A stretch of DNA of 64,000 nucleotides. Origin: Candidatus Iainarchaeum sp. (GTDB lineage: Archaea > Iainarchaeota > Iainarchaeia > Iainarchaeales > GCA-2688035). The notes under the pieces are model-generated. The model ran no database searches, was not told the origin of the DNA, and saw only the letters and a list, made by a program, of their open reading frames with translations. The stretch is taken from NCBI GenBank assembly GCA_017610175.1, contig JAFCCO010000006.1, positions 10,064-74,063 of the forward strand, in the 5' to 3' direction. Below are positions 1-9,403 of this stretch, piece by piece; the stretch's first letter is position 1; each line of letters begins with the position of its first letter. The translations under genes and the position numbers were made by a program.

Positions 1-118
1 AATTAAGGGCTGTAATTGAGGATTTGCTTTCAGCCCAATAAAAACAGCTCCGGTCGGGAACTTATTTCTTTTGAAATTAGTTCCCCCGAAAAGCCTCCTT
101 TTTCTTTCTTTTTTTTAT

Positions 119-301
119 TTACTCTATGCGAATGCATGAAACAGGGCAGCTGTCGGCAGCCTGCTGGTTGCAGCCAACCTCCGTTACTTCAAGGCTCTTT
201 GCTTTTGCCTTGTCGCCCTGCATTTCCCAGTTTTCAGGGCAAACAGCGGCGCAGGTTCCGCAGCCAATGCATTTCTCTTCATCGAAAACAATCTTTGCCA
301 T
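119..301 (-). CDS. Single-cluster ferredoxin
   Basis: 60 aa, CIGCGTCAAVCP and AADSCP motifs. Confidence 0.92.
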   Translation of the reverse strand: MAKIVFDEEKCIGCGTCAAVCPENWEMQGDKAKAKSLEVTEVGCNQQAADSCPVSCIRIE

Positions 302-411
302 TTCAATTCCTCCTAAAAAAATAATTCTAACATAGAGTGGGTATTACCTTATTTATTAGCTTTCCTAAGCAAAACGCGAGGTTTAAAAAAGAGTGTTGGC
401 AAAATTAAATT

Positions 412-909
412 ATGGTTGATACAAAGATTGCAGCGATAGCTGCATCGGTTGTTTTGATTGCAGTGGTTGGAATGTTCTTGTTTCCGGGAACGGGAATGGC
501 TACAATGTATGGGAGCATAGCCGGATTTCAGGATCAGGGTGGGAATCTTGAGCTCGAAGATGGAAAACCGGTGATAAGAATGTTCTCAACAACCCGGTGT
601 CCGCACTGCCACTGGGTTGGCTCGGGCTTTGAAGAAGTTGCAAGGGAATATGAGGGCAGAATTGTTGCAAAACACTGGGAAATCGACATAGGGGACGATA
701 CCCTTACATCAGGATATGAAGGCGGAGTTCCGCAGTCGGAAATAGATATTTTCAGGAAAGCAAACCCAAGGGGAAGTGTCCCGGCATTTATCTTTGCAGG
801 AAAGTATGTTAGAACAGGCACTTTGCACGAGTTTGAAGATGATCTCGAAGCAGAAAAAGATGAATTCAGAGCGATGATTGACGCAATTCTTGAAAAGACA
901 GAAGCCTGA
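412..909 (+). CDS. Membrane-anchored/secreted thioredoxin-fold protein
   Basis: N-terminal hydrophobic helix, CPHC motif, GSVP cis-Pro loop. Confidence 0.8.
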   Translation: MVDTKIAAIAASVVLIAVVGMFLFPGTGMATMYGSIAGFQDQGGNLELEDGKPVIRMFSTTRCPHCHWVGSGFEEVAREYEGRIVAKHWEIDIGDDTLTSGYEGGVPQSEIDIFRKANPRGSVPAFIFAGKYVRTGTLHEFEDDLEAEKDEFRAMIDAILEKTEA

Positions 910-917
910 ATTTATTT

Positions 918-965
918 GCTGCGCAACAATTGCGCGGCACCCAACTTTTTTTAACTTTTTTCCAA
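918..965 (+). terminator. Hairpin plus T-tracts after thioredoxin-like gene
   Basis: GCTGCGCAA-caa-TTGCGCGGC stem (918-938) followed by T runs. Confidence 0.45.
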
Positions 966-1199
966 ACTATAAGTTTCACTTTATAGACGAAAAGCAAAGG
1001 CACCGCATTTGGCGAATTAAAAAAACTAACTTCACGCTTCGATTTGCAAGCGCAAGGTTTGAAAAACAAATTTTATGCCTTTTTTTATTTGTTTTCCAAA
1101 TATAAACTGGAGCATAATTAACCTTTAAATACTGCCTTGCCATTATTCAATTCAGATGAGTTAATTTTTCTAATAAAAATTGGGCGGGGAGTTATTTTT

Positions 1200-3215
1200 A
1201 TGGTAAAAAAATTTTTGGAATCAGTTGAGAGGCGAGATGGGAGTTTAGCCCCCTTTGACCTAAAGCGCATTGAAGACGCTATTTTTGCGGCAGCAAAGTC
1301 TGTTGGTGGAAGTGACCAGGCAACTGCGCACGATATTGCGGAGAGAATTGAACACTCCCTTAAGAAAAAGTTTGGAACAACTCCCCCAAGCGTTGAAAAT
1401 ATTCAGGATGTTGTTGAAAAAGAGCTTATTGAATTGGGGCACGCAAAAACGGCAAAGGCCTACATTCTCTACAGGAAAAAGAGGGGCGAGATGCGTGACA
1501 CTGCGGCTTTTTTGAAAAAAGCGCAGAACATAATTCACGGCTATGTACAGGAGTCCGACTGGAGAGTTGCTGAAAACAGCAATGCATCATACTCCCTTTC
1601 AGGGCTTCAGGCCCACATAAGCGGTGCGGTAATGGCGGAATACGCCTTGCAGAACATTTACCCGACCGAAATTTCACAAGCGCACAGGTCTGCAGACATG
1701 CACATCCACGACCTTGGAAACGGGACCTTTTCAGGATACTGCGCAGGCTGGAGCCTTCGCGATCTGCTTGAGAAAGGGTTTAACGGGGTTCCTGGGCGGA
1801 TTTCTGCAAAGCCAGCAAAGCACTTCAATTCCGCACTAGGCCAGATTGTCAATTTTATGGGAACACTGCAGAACGAGTGGGCCGGAGCACAGGCATTCAA
1901 CAGCTTTGACACCTATCTTGCCCCCCTTGCCAGAAAAGACGGCTTGGACTACAAGAAGATAAAGCAGAGCGTTCAGGAGTTCATTTTTGCAACAAACGCA
2001 ACAAGCAGGTGGGGAAACCAGGTTCCGTTCACAAACGTTACCTTTGACTGGGTTGTCCCTGATGACCTGAGGGACCATCCTGTTGTTTATGGGGGTAAGG
2101 AACTGAACAACGAGTATTACGGAGACTTCCAGCGCGAAATGGACATGGTTAACAGGGCATTCATTGAGGTAATGAATGACGGGGACATGAACGGCCGCGT
2201 TTTTACTTTTCCAATTCCCACATACAATATCACAAAGGAATTTGACTGGGATTCTGAGAACGCACAAAAACTCTTTGAGATGACCGCAAAGTATGGGATT
2301 CCGTACTTCCAGAACTTTATCAACAGCAGCCTCAAGCCCAGCGATGTAAGAAGCATGTGCTGCAGACTGCAGCTTGATTTGAGGGAGCTTAAATCCAAAA
2401 CAGGCGGCTTGTTTGGAAGCGGTGACAAGACCGGAAGCATTGGTGTTGTAACCCTAAACATGCCAAAGATTGGTTATCTTGCAAAGGACGAAACCGATTT
2501 CTTTGAGAGAATTGACCAGTTAATATATCTTGGAAAGGAAAGTCTTGAAATCAAGAGAAAGGAAGTTAACAAGCATATGAACGCCGGGCTTCTTCCGTGG
2601 AGCAAGCGCTTTTTAGGGGGCTTTGACAACCATTTCTCCACAATTGGGCTTATTGGAATGCACGAGTGCCTGCTGAATTTCATGGAGGTAGGGATTGAAA
2701 CGGCTGAGGGAAGAAAGTTTGCACTAAAAACGCTTGACTTTTTCAGGGACAGGCTCTCCGACTTCCAGGAGGAAACAGGCCACATCTACAATCTTGAGGC
2801 AACCCCTGCGGAGGGGGCATCCTACAGGCTTGCAAGAACCGACCGCAAGCATTACACAGACATTAAGACATCCGGAAAGGCGGAGCCGTTTTACACAAAC
2901 AGCACAAACCTCCCGGTAAATCACACAGATGACATCTTTGAGGCGCTCCAGCACCAGGATGAGCTGCAGTGCAAGTACACAGGCGGGACAGTGCTGCACG
3001 GCTTTTTGGGGGAGGCAATTTCAAGCGGCGAAAGCTGTTCAAAGCTTGTCAAAAAAATTGCTTACAACTTCAAGATGCCGTACTACACAATAACGCCAAC
3101 GTTTAGCATTTGCCCGGTGCACGGTTACATTAAGGGCAAGCATGAGACGTGCCCGACCGAGGTCAAGAGCAATTCCCTGAACGGTGCAAAAGAGGAGGTG
3201 AAACTAAATGTCTAA
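1200..3215 (+). CDS. nrdD: Anaerobic ribonucleoside-triphosphate reductase (class III), large chain with ATP cone; lacks the glycyl-radical C-terminus
   Basis: ATP cone (VERRDG...VENIQDVVE), HIHDL, SMCCRL finger loop, YNLEATPAEG, TPTFSICPVHG; ATG at 1200 preferred over 1137. Confidence 0.95.
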   Translation: MVKKFLESVERRDGSLAPFDLKRIEDAIFAAAKSVGGSDQATAHDIAERIEHSLKKKFGTTPPSVENIQDVVEKELIELGHAKTAKAYILYRKKRGEMRDTAAFLKKAQNIIHGYVQESDWRVAENSNASYSLSGLQAHISGAVMAEYALQNIYPTEISQAHRSADMHIHDLGNGTFSGYCAGWSLRDLLEKGFNGVPGRISAKPAKHFNSALGQIVNFMGTLQNEWAGAQAFNSFDTYLAPLARKDGLDYKKIKQSVQEFIFATNATSRWGNQVPFTNVTFDWVVPDDLRDHPVVYGGKELNNEYYGDFQREMDMVNRAFIEVMNDGDMNGRVFTFPIPTYNITKEFDWDSENAQKLFEMTAKYGIPYFQNFINSSLKPSDVRSMCCRLQLDLRELKSKTGGLFGSGDKTGSIGVVTLNMPKIGYLAKDETDFFERIDQLIYLGKESLEIKRKEVNKHMNAGLLPWSKRFLGGFDNHFSTIGLIGMHECLLNFMEVGIETAEGRKFALKTLDFFRDRLSDFQEETGHIYNLEATPAEGASYRLARTDRKHYTDIKTSGKAEPFYTNSTNLPVNHTDDIFEALQHQDELQCKYTGGTVLHGFLGEAISSGESCSKLVKKIAYNFKMPYYTITPTFSICPVHGYIKGKHETCPTEVKSNSLNGAKEEVKLNV

Positions 3216-3354
3216 ATGCGGAGAAAAATGCGAGGTTTACAGTCGTGTTGTCGGCTACCTGCGCCCGGTAAACAACTGGAATGCGGGAAAAAAAGAGGAA
3301 TTTGCTTTGAGAAAAACATACAGCGAAGAAAAAGCCCTTGCAAAGGAACTGTAG
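3208..3354 (+). CDS. Separately encoded glycyl-radical domain of NrdD (48 aa; not in ORF track)
   Basis: Translates MSKCGEKCEVYSRVVGYLRPVNNWNAGKKEEFALRKTYSEEKALAKEL*; YSRVVGY is the NrdD glycyl loop; GGAGGTG at 3194-3200 precedes ATG 3208. Confidence 0.9.
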   Translation: MSKCGEKCEVYSRVVGYLRPVNNWNAGKKEEFALRKTYSEEKALAKEL

Positions 3355-3427
3355 GGCTTTCTTTTATTTTTTTTGTTTCAAATAATTTTTATCAATGTAG
3401 TGGGGCTCAGTGTACAGGGGGAATTTT

Positions 3428-4129
3428 ATGTTAGTGTTCGGAGGAATCCAGAAAACAACTTTGGTTGATTACCCGGGGGAAGTTGCATGCACGCTTTTTC
3501 TTCCAAAATGCAATTTTCGCTGCCCGTACTGCTATAACAGCAAGCTTGTTTTTAATGAATCAACTGGGGTAAAAATTCCTGAATCCGAGGTCTTTGAATT
3601 TCTTGAGGAAAGAAAGGGTTTTCTGGATGGGGTTTGCATTACAGGGGGCGAGCCAACTCTCCATTCTGAACTGCCTAACTTTTGTGCCAAATTGAAAAAG
3701 TTTGGGTTAAAAGTGAAACTTGACACCAACGGCACAAACCCTGAAATGCTGAAAAAACTTGTTTCAAAAAAGCTTGTTGACTACATTGCAATGGACATTA
3801 AGGCGGATCCCGAAAATTATGATATGGTCTGCCACTCACCCGTTAACATGGATGCAATCAATGAAAGCATCGGAATAATCAGGGACAGCAAGCTCAAATA
3901 TGAGTTTAGAACAACTGTTCTGCCAAAATTCCACACCAAAGAATCGCTTTTAAAGATAGGGGGATGGCTTAAGGGGGCTGACTTTTATGCCCTGCAACAA
4001 TTCTCCCCTGCCCCTGAAATGATTGACCAAAGCCTTGAAGAGGCCTCAAAATACGCCAAGGAAGAGCTTGAAAGCTTTGCAAAAGCGCTAAAACCGTTCT
4101 TTAATCGAATTGAGGTCAGAAACGTTTAA
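3428..4129 (+). CDS. nrdG: Anaerobic RNR activating enzyme (radical SAM)
   Basis: TTLVDYPG, CNFRCPYCYN, ITGGEP, KLDTNG; follows nrdD. Confidence 0.93.
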   Translation: MLVFGGIQKTTLVDYPGEVACTLFLPKCNFRCPYCYNSKLVFNESTGVKIPESEVFEFLEERKGFLDGVCITGGEPTLHSELPNFCAKLKKFGLKVKLDTNGTNPEMLKKLVSKKLVDYIAMDIKADPENYDMVCHSPVNMDAINESIGIIRDSKLKYEFRTTVLPKFHTKESLLKIGGWLKGADFYALQQFSPAPEMIDQSLEEASKYAKEELESFAKALKPFFNRIEVRNV

Positions 4130-4159
4130 TTTTAAAGCTTAGTGCCGCTTTTCTTAATT

Positions 4160-4393
4160 ATGGTGGATAAGGTAAACAAAGAAATGACTTTGGGGGACAT
4201 AATCACAAAACACCCTGAGGTCGCAGGCGTTATAATGAACTATGGCCTGCACTGCATTGGCTGCCATGTTGCGGCTTGGGAAACGCTTGAGCAGGGCTCA
4301 AAAGCACACGGTTTGAGCGATGAAAAGATTGAAGAAATGGTTAACATGATTAACAAGGTAATTGAAGAGAAGAAAGGTGAAAAAAAGGAGTGA
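4160..4393 (+). CDS. DUF1858-like redox disulfide domain protein
   Basis: EMTLGDII..HPE...GLHCIGC....ETLEQG pattern. Confidence 0.8.
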   Translation: MVDKVNKEMTLGDIITKHPEVAGVIMNYGLHCIGCHVAAWETLEQGSKAHGLSDEKIEEMVNMINKVIEEKKGEKKE

Positions 4394-4578
4394 TTTTGGT
4401 GGAGAGACCATATATTGATTATGATAAATGTACAGTAACAGGCACATGCATTGATGTTTGCCCTGTCGGAGTATTTGCAAAGAACGGAGACAAGGTTGAA
4501 GTAGTTAACCCGGACGCATGCATTCAGTGCAGGGCGTGCGAAGTAAGCTGCCCCGCAAAAGCCATTCAGGTAAAATAA
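4390..4578 (+). CDS. Dicluster ferredoxin (likely 7Fe)
   Basis: CTVTGTCIDVCP (second Cys replaced by Thr) and CIQCRACEVSCP. Confidence 0.88.
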   Translation: MILVERPYIDYDKCTVTGTCIDVCPVGVFAKNGDKVEVVNPDACIQCRACEVSCPAKAIQVK

Positions 4579-4608
4579 CCTGCTCCCTTTTTTTGTTGGT
4601 GAATTTGA

Positions 4609-5880
4609 ATGAGTGAAGCATATTTAACAGGCCTTGGCGGTTGCCAGGAAGTTGGAAGAAGCAGTTTCCTCCTTGACTTTGGGGGAAAGGTTCTGTTCGA
4701 CAACGGCGTTAAGCTTTCGCCTGACGGAATACAGTACCCGCTTCCTGTTGACACAAACCTTGACGGCGTAGTGATTTCACACGCACACCTTGACCACTCT
4801 GGAAACTTGCCGCATCTTTTTGTTGAATCAAGTTTCAACTGTTACATGACTCCTCCAACCCTTGACATTGCAAAAATCCTTTGGTTTGACACCCTCAAAA
4901 TCGCGGGCTACGAGGGAATAGACACTGAGTGGAGCGAGGAAGAGATTAAGAAAACGGAAAGGTTTACCTTTCCCCTTCATTACCGCAGACGAGTTGACAT
5001 CACAAAAAACAGCCAGCTTGAGCTCTTTGATGCCGGGCACATAATCGGAAGCTCAATGGCAAAACTTTCCTTTGGCGACAAAAGTTTCCTTTATACAGGG
5101 GACTTTAAGAAAGATGAAACAAGGCTGTTCAAGGGAGCAGACCTTGACGTTGGGGAAGTTGATTACGTTGCGATTGAATCAACCTACGGTGACCGCGAGC
5201 ACCCTCCAAGAAAAGAGGTTGAAAAGCTTTTTGTGGAGGAAGTGCAGGACACAATTGATCGGGGCGGAACGGCTTTGGTTCCGGCCTTTGCGGTTGGGCG
5301 AAGCCAGGAAATAATTGAGATTCTAAAAGACTACACTGTTAATGCCCCCATTTACTTGGATGGGATGGGTCAGAAGGTTGCAAGGGTAATGCTTTCATAC
5401 CCAAGATACCTAAAGGACCACAAGGCATTGAAGAAGGCCCTTGAAACCACCAACTGGGTGCGAAGGGCAAGCATGAGAAAAAAGGCATTAAAGGAGCCCT
5501 CGGTTATAGTGACCACGGCGGGAATGCTGCAGGGCGGCCCTGCAATGGCTTACCTTAAGGAGATTGCAGGCGACAAAAACAGTTCCGTTCTATTAACAGG
5601 GTATCAGGTGGAGGAAACTGCCGGAAGAAAGTTAATGGAGACAAAGAGGATTGAAATAGACGATCGGGAATATGAGGTCAGGGGAAAGGTTGAGAAATTT
5701 GACTTCTCGGCGCATGCCTCAAAGGAAGAAATGATTGCCTCACTAAAGCACTGGTCACCGTCCAAAATTCTTCTAGTGCACGGGGACAAGGATGTAATGC
5801 CTGTGTTTAAGGGCGTAATAGAGGACGAGCTTGGGATCGAAACAGTGATTCCGGAACTTGGCAAGAAACTAAAACTCTAG
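4609..5880 (+). CDS. Beta-CASP metallo-beta-lactamase ribonuclease (aCPSF-type, no KH domains)
   Basis: QEVGRS, SHAHLDH, AGHIIGS, YTGD, ESTYG, FSAHA, VHGD. Confidence 0.9.
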   Translation: MSEAYLTGLGGCQEVGRSSFLLDFGGKVLFDNGVKLSPDGIQYPLPVDTNLDGVVISHAHLDHSGNLPHLFVESSFNCYMTPPTLDIAKILWFDTLKIAGYEGIDTEWSEEEIKKTERFTFPLHYRRRVDITKNSQLELFDAGHIIGSSMAKLSFGDKSFLYTGDFKKDETRLFKGADLDVGEVDYVAIESTYGDREHPPRKEVEKLFVEEVQDTIDRGGTALVPAFAVGRSQEIIEILKDYTVNAPIYLDGMGQKVARVMLSYPRYLKDHKALKKALETTNWVRRASMRKKALKEPSVIVTTAGMLQGGPAMAYLKEIAGDKNSSVLLTGYQVEETAGRKLMETKRIEIDDREYEVRGKVEKFDFSAHASKEEMIASLKHWSPSKILLVHGDKDVMPVFKGVIEDELGIETVIPELGKKLKL

Positions 5881-5887
5881 GATTGAA

Positions 5888-6673
5888 ATGGATCTTATAA
5901 ACGTTTTTAGGGAAAGTTTCATTATTCTGAGAAAAGAGCCAAAGCTGTTTATTCCAAAACTTATTCTTGCATTCCTGTACGGAATTGGCATGATAATAAT
6001 TGCATCACTTGCCCTCGAAACAATTCTCCCGCTTGCACTTCAGCAGTTTGACCTGGAAACGGCAAGGGCAATGGTTGAAAAGCTCCCCCTCGTAATGGTG
6101 CTGTTCTTCTACCTGATTGCACTTCTTGTGGTTGATGTTCTTGTAAACGCAATGTACCCTTTGATGGTTTCCGACTTCAAGCAGGGGAAGAAAATTTCAT
6201 TCCGCAGAGCGCTTGGGGTGGCTGCAACAAAATTCACAACCGTTTTTCCGGCGGTTTTCATAACCGAAATTCTGATTGCCGTTCCATTTGCGCTTGTTTC
6301 AACATTTTTCATCCTCAGCGGCAATATGGCGGCATTAATTGGCGCAGTGCTTGCATTCTTTGCACTAAGCTTTGTGCTGATAGTTTTGTTCTACGTTATT
6401 TACCCGTTCTCTGTGCTCAACGAAAAGAAGAGTTTCATCGAAGCCCTGACGGGCTCGTTTAAAATAGGCAGAAAAAACATAAAAGAGCTTTCAATCCCGT
6501 CAACAGTCCCCTACTTTCTTTCGCTTGTAAACTTTGTTGTGGCATTTAAGGCAAACGACCCGACATTCCTTATCGTTTTTGTTGTGCTAAGATTCCTCAT
6601 TGCAATGCTTTACACTTACCACATGATTCTCAATCCAAATGTATACCTTGCGCTTGAGGGGCGGTCAAAATGA
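5888..6673 (+). CDS. Multi-pass membrane protein
   Basis: About 6 hydrophobic segments; operonic between RNase and NMD3. Confidence 0.75.
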   Translation: MDLINVFRESFIILRKEPKLFIPKLILAFLYGIGMIIIASLALETILPLALQQFDLETARAMVEKLPLVMVLFFYLIALLVVDVLVNAMYPLMVSDFKQGKKISFRRALGVAATKFTTVFPAVFITEILIAVPFALVSTFFILSGNMAALIGAVLAFFALSFVLIVLFYVIYPFSVLNEKKSFIEALTGSFKIGRKNIKELSIPSTVPYFLSLVNFVVAFKANDPTFLIVFVVLRFLIAMLYTYHMILNPNVYLALEGRSK

Positions 6674-7371
6674 AGGGCGCGTTTTGCCCGGGTTGCGGGT
6701 CAACCAAGGGGCCGTTTTACAGGGGACTCTGCAAAGACTGCTTTCTCCACAAAAAAAAAGTGATTCTGCTTCCTGAAGAAATAAAGATTGACCACTGCAA
6801 GTTCTGCAACAAAATCAGGCTAAGCGGCAAGTGGCTTGGGCAAAGTGAATTGGTTCTGAAACGTTTTCTTAAAAAAAAGGCAAAAATATCCGGGTTGGTC
6901 GATGCAAAACTTTCCGTCTCACTTGAACCGATGAAAGACCACACTTTTGCAATTGTAAAGGCAAGCGGGCAAATTGACTCCAACAAAATAACCATTGAGG
7001 CAAAAACAATTTTGAAGCCAATTGAAACACAGTGTGACCCGTGCATGCGTGTTCGCTCTGATTACTCTGAGGCAACAATTCAAATGAGGTTTTCTGAAAG
7101 CACAGGCCTTGCGGAAAGGGAAAAGGCTCTTGCTTTGCTAATGGGGCAGATTGAGGGAATGCAGGGCAGGGACCCGCTTTCAAAAGTCGTGCACGCCCTT
7201 GAAAACAAAAAGGGATTTGATGTGCTGGTGGGCTCAAACAAGGCAGCCCAAAGTGTGGTGAGAAAATTTGAGGCGAAGTTTGGGGTCAAGGCAATAAAAT
7301 CGTTCAAGCTTGCCGGAACAGACCACAATGGCCAAAGGCAAAGGAAATTCACCTACTGCATTCGCTTTTAG
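6670..7371 (+). CDS. NMD3-family ribosome biogenesis protein
   Basis: FCPGCG, LCKDC, CKFC, CDPC...YSEATIQMR. Confidence 0.88.
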   Translation: MKGAFCPGCGSTKGPFYRGLCKDCFLHKKKVILLPEEIKIDHCKFCNKIRLSGKWLGQSELVLKRFLKKKAKISGLVDAKLSVSLEPMKDHTFAIVKASGQIDSNKITIEAKTILKPIETQCDPCMRVRSDYSEATIQMRFSESTGLAEREKALALLMGQIEGMQGRDPLSKVVHALENKKGFDVLVGSNKAAQSVVRKFEAKFGVKAIKSFKLAGTDHNGQRQRKFTYCIRF

Positions 7372-8078
7372 GCTTCAAACTTGGCAAGTTCATTCATTAA
7401 TTCATTCATTGGCTTGTTTGTCACAAGCAGGGGAATCTTTTCGCTTTCCGCTATCTTAATGGCAATGGGGTCAACCTTTTTTGGATCAAAGTCACCGTGA
7501 AGCACAACAATTGCAGGTTTCATGTCTGTGGAGAACCGTCCAATCTTAACGGCAATCATCGGGCTTCTTCCGTTTTCAACAAACCTAAAAATCAATGCCC
7601 TGTCAGGGGTTTTTCCATAAAGCTGCATATATTCGTGAACAGGCACCTCGAGAATAACCTTCAGCGAATCGATTACGGTGAAGCCAAAAACCTTGGTTTC
7701 CTTCAGGCGCGAGGGGTTTGCAACGCATTCTGCCCCGATTTTTTTCATGAAGTCAATTCCCTTTACCGCGGAATAAAATTCATGCGTGTCAAAAATGTCT
7801 TCCTTTGCGCGAAAGTCCTTCTCAAGCTGCTTTGCAACCTTGCCCCCGCGGTTTTTGTCAATATCAATCAATGCATAAACAAGCCTTTTGATTACGCCAA
7901 TTCCGGGGCTTTTTCTTCTGCCCCCCTCATAATCCGAGAGAGTTGAACTGCTTACTTTAAGGAAATTGGCAAGCTCTGTTTGGGTAATTCCGAAAATTTC
8001 GCGCCACTTCTTCATGCTGCCGCCTGGATCTTTGCTCAGGCAAATTTCCCCTGCGATTGTAGCCGGAAGTTTCTCCAC
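7368..8078 (-). CDS. Archaeal XRE-HTH transcriptional regulator (COG1709-like)
   Basis: IAGEI.LS.DPG.SMKKWREIFGITQ.ELA, SDYEGGRRKSPG, GRSPMIAVK. Confidence 0.9.
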   Translation of the reverse strand: MEKLPATIAGEICLSKDPGGSMKKWREIFGITQTELANFLKVSSSTLSDYEGGRRKSPGIGVIKRLVYALIDIDKNRGGKVAKQLEKDFRAKEDIFDTHEFYSAVKGIDFMKKIGAECVANPSRLKETKVFGFTVIDSLKVILEVPVHEYMQLYGKTPDRALIFRFVENGRSPMIAVKIGRFSTDMKPAIVVLHGDFDPKKVDPIAIKIAESEKIPLLVTNKPMNELMNELAKFEA

Positions 8079-8129
8079 AAAAAGTCCCCCCTATTTGATG
8101 AAAATATATAGTGAAAGCCACTTTAAAAG

Positions 8130-8182
8130 GGTTTCGTCAATTGCCATTTGAGTTTCCAGAATTTAAGTCCTTTGACGAAACC
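8130..8182. promoter_or_regulatory. Perfect 11-bp inverted repeat in a divergent promoter region; candidate operator
   Basis: GGTTTCGTCAA (8130-8140) and TTGACGAAACC (8172-8182), adjacent to TTTAAAA at 8122-8128. Confidence 0.6.
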
Positions 8183-8248
8183 GGGTTTTTTGCCCTGCAA
8201 AAACTACCATGCAAAAACTATTTAAATTTATGAAACAATTAGGTTAGC

Positions 8249-9295
8249 ATGAAAAAGAAAAAGGTTGTTTCATTGCTTGGCGCATCAATGATTGTTGCGC
8301 TTGCATTTGCAATGCTTTTGATAAGCGGCTGCGTTGAACCCATTTTGCCAGGCCCGCAGGATGTGGTAAAGCCTGTTAATTTTGTGCCGATTGTAACGGG
8401 TTGCGCCGAAACCCTTGTTGGGACAGCCGTACGTGGCGCGGAATTTGAGTCCCGCGAAATAACACTCAAAGTGGGGGGCAACGGAATAGTTTACGACCGG
8501 GCTTTATCACACCTCTGCTGTAGGAAAGTGGATGTTTCATTTGAACGAAATGACAAAGAAATTACGATTTATGAAACCTGGCAGGGGGCGGGATGCAGAT
8601 GCAGCTGTTTTTCGGAAACAGGGGCATCAATTGAGAATCTTCCCAACGGGGATTATGATGTGAAGGTAATTGAAAGGGGAACCAATCCAAACGGAACCCC
8701 CAGGCGGGAAAACATTATTTTGAATGTAAGTGTTAATGTGCCGGGCGGCAAAATAACAAGCAATAAACCGAAATTAACTCTTGAACAGATGCAGTGGTGT
8801 GAAACTGACGCAGACTGTGTTGCGGTTGATGAGGGCTGCTGCCCCTGTGCTGTTGGTGGAACAAGGCTTGCAGTAAACCAGAATTTACTTGAAAAATACA
8901 ACGAGCAATTTCTTGGATGGTGCACTTACGCAGATGTTGCGTGTGACGAACAGCCAAGCAATGATGTAAGCTGCGGGGCGGAAAACTTTCCCGTTTGCAG
9001 GGCAGAAAAGTGTGAATTTTCTATTCGCTCCGACGAACCGATAGTTAAGGTTTTCTTCCAGCCAATGCAGTGCCAAAAAATCCCCTGGGCTGAAGCAAAA
9101 ACGCCCGGAAAAATAATTAATTTTGTTGATGCGGAATATGGGGTAACGCTTATTTCAATTAAGGAACTTTGTCCCGAAAGGGAAGTTTGTGCGGCCTGTG
9201 ACACCTGCCCAACCGTTTGCTATTTTGAGGCAGAGGTGGGGGGTATTAATGCCTCAAGGCTGGTTGAAATAGGCTGGCTTGAAAAACTGGAGTAA
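8249..9295 (+). CDS. Cys-rich secreted lipoprotein
   Basis: Basic N-terminus, hydrophobic core, LISG|C lipobox; many Cys (CC, CxCxC, CxxCxxC). Confidence 0.75.
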   Translation: MKKKKVVSLLGASMIVALAFAMLLISGCVEPILPGPQDVVKPVNFVPIVTGCAETLVGTAVRGAEFESREITLKVGGNGIVYDRALSHLCCRKVDVSFERNDKEITIYETWQGAGCRCSCFSETGASIENLPNGDYDVKVIERGTNPNGTPRRENIILNVSVNVPGGKITSNKPKLTLEQMQWCETDADCVAVDEGCCPCAVGGTRLAVNQNLLEKYNEQFLGWCTYADVACDEQPSNDVSCGAENFPVCRAEKCEFSIRSDEPIVKVFFQPMQCQKIPWAEAKTPGKIINFVDAEYGVTLISIKELCPEREVCAACDTCPTVCYFEAEVGGINASRLVEIGWLEKLE

Positions 9296-9301
9296 TTAAA
9301 G

Positions 9302-9376
9302 CGAGCCCGGAGGGATTCGAACCCTCGACTTCTTCCTTAGGAGGGAAGCGCTCTATCCAAGCTGAGCTACGGGCCC
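9302..9376 (-). tRNA. tRNA-Arg(CCT)
   Basis: Cloverleaf GGGCCCG...CTTCC-CTCCTAA-GGAAG...GTTCGAATC. Confidence 0.95.
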
Positions 9377-9403
9377 TCTGTTTAAATAATTGGATTCAGA
9401 AAG

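Noticed and set aside
1200-3354. nrdD as a frameshifted pseudogene or intein-containing gene
   Set aside because: The second part has its own ATG and RBS with a typical stop/start overlap, nrdG is intact, and no intein motifs are visible.
3216-3434. 72-aa ORF from the track
   Set aside because: Wrong-frame shadow of the real 3208-3354 glycyl-radical ORF.
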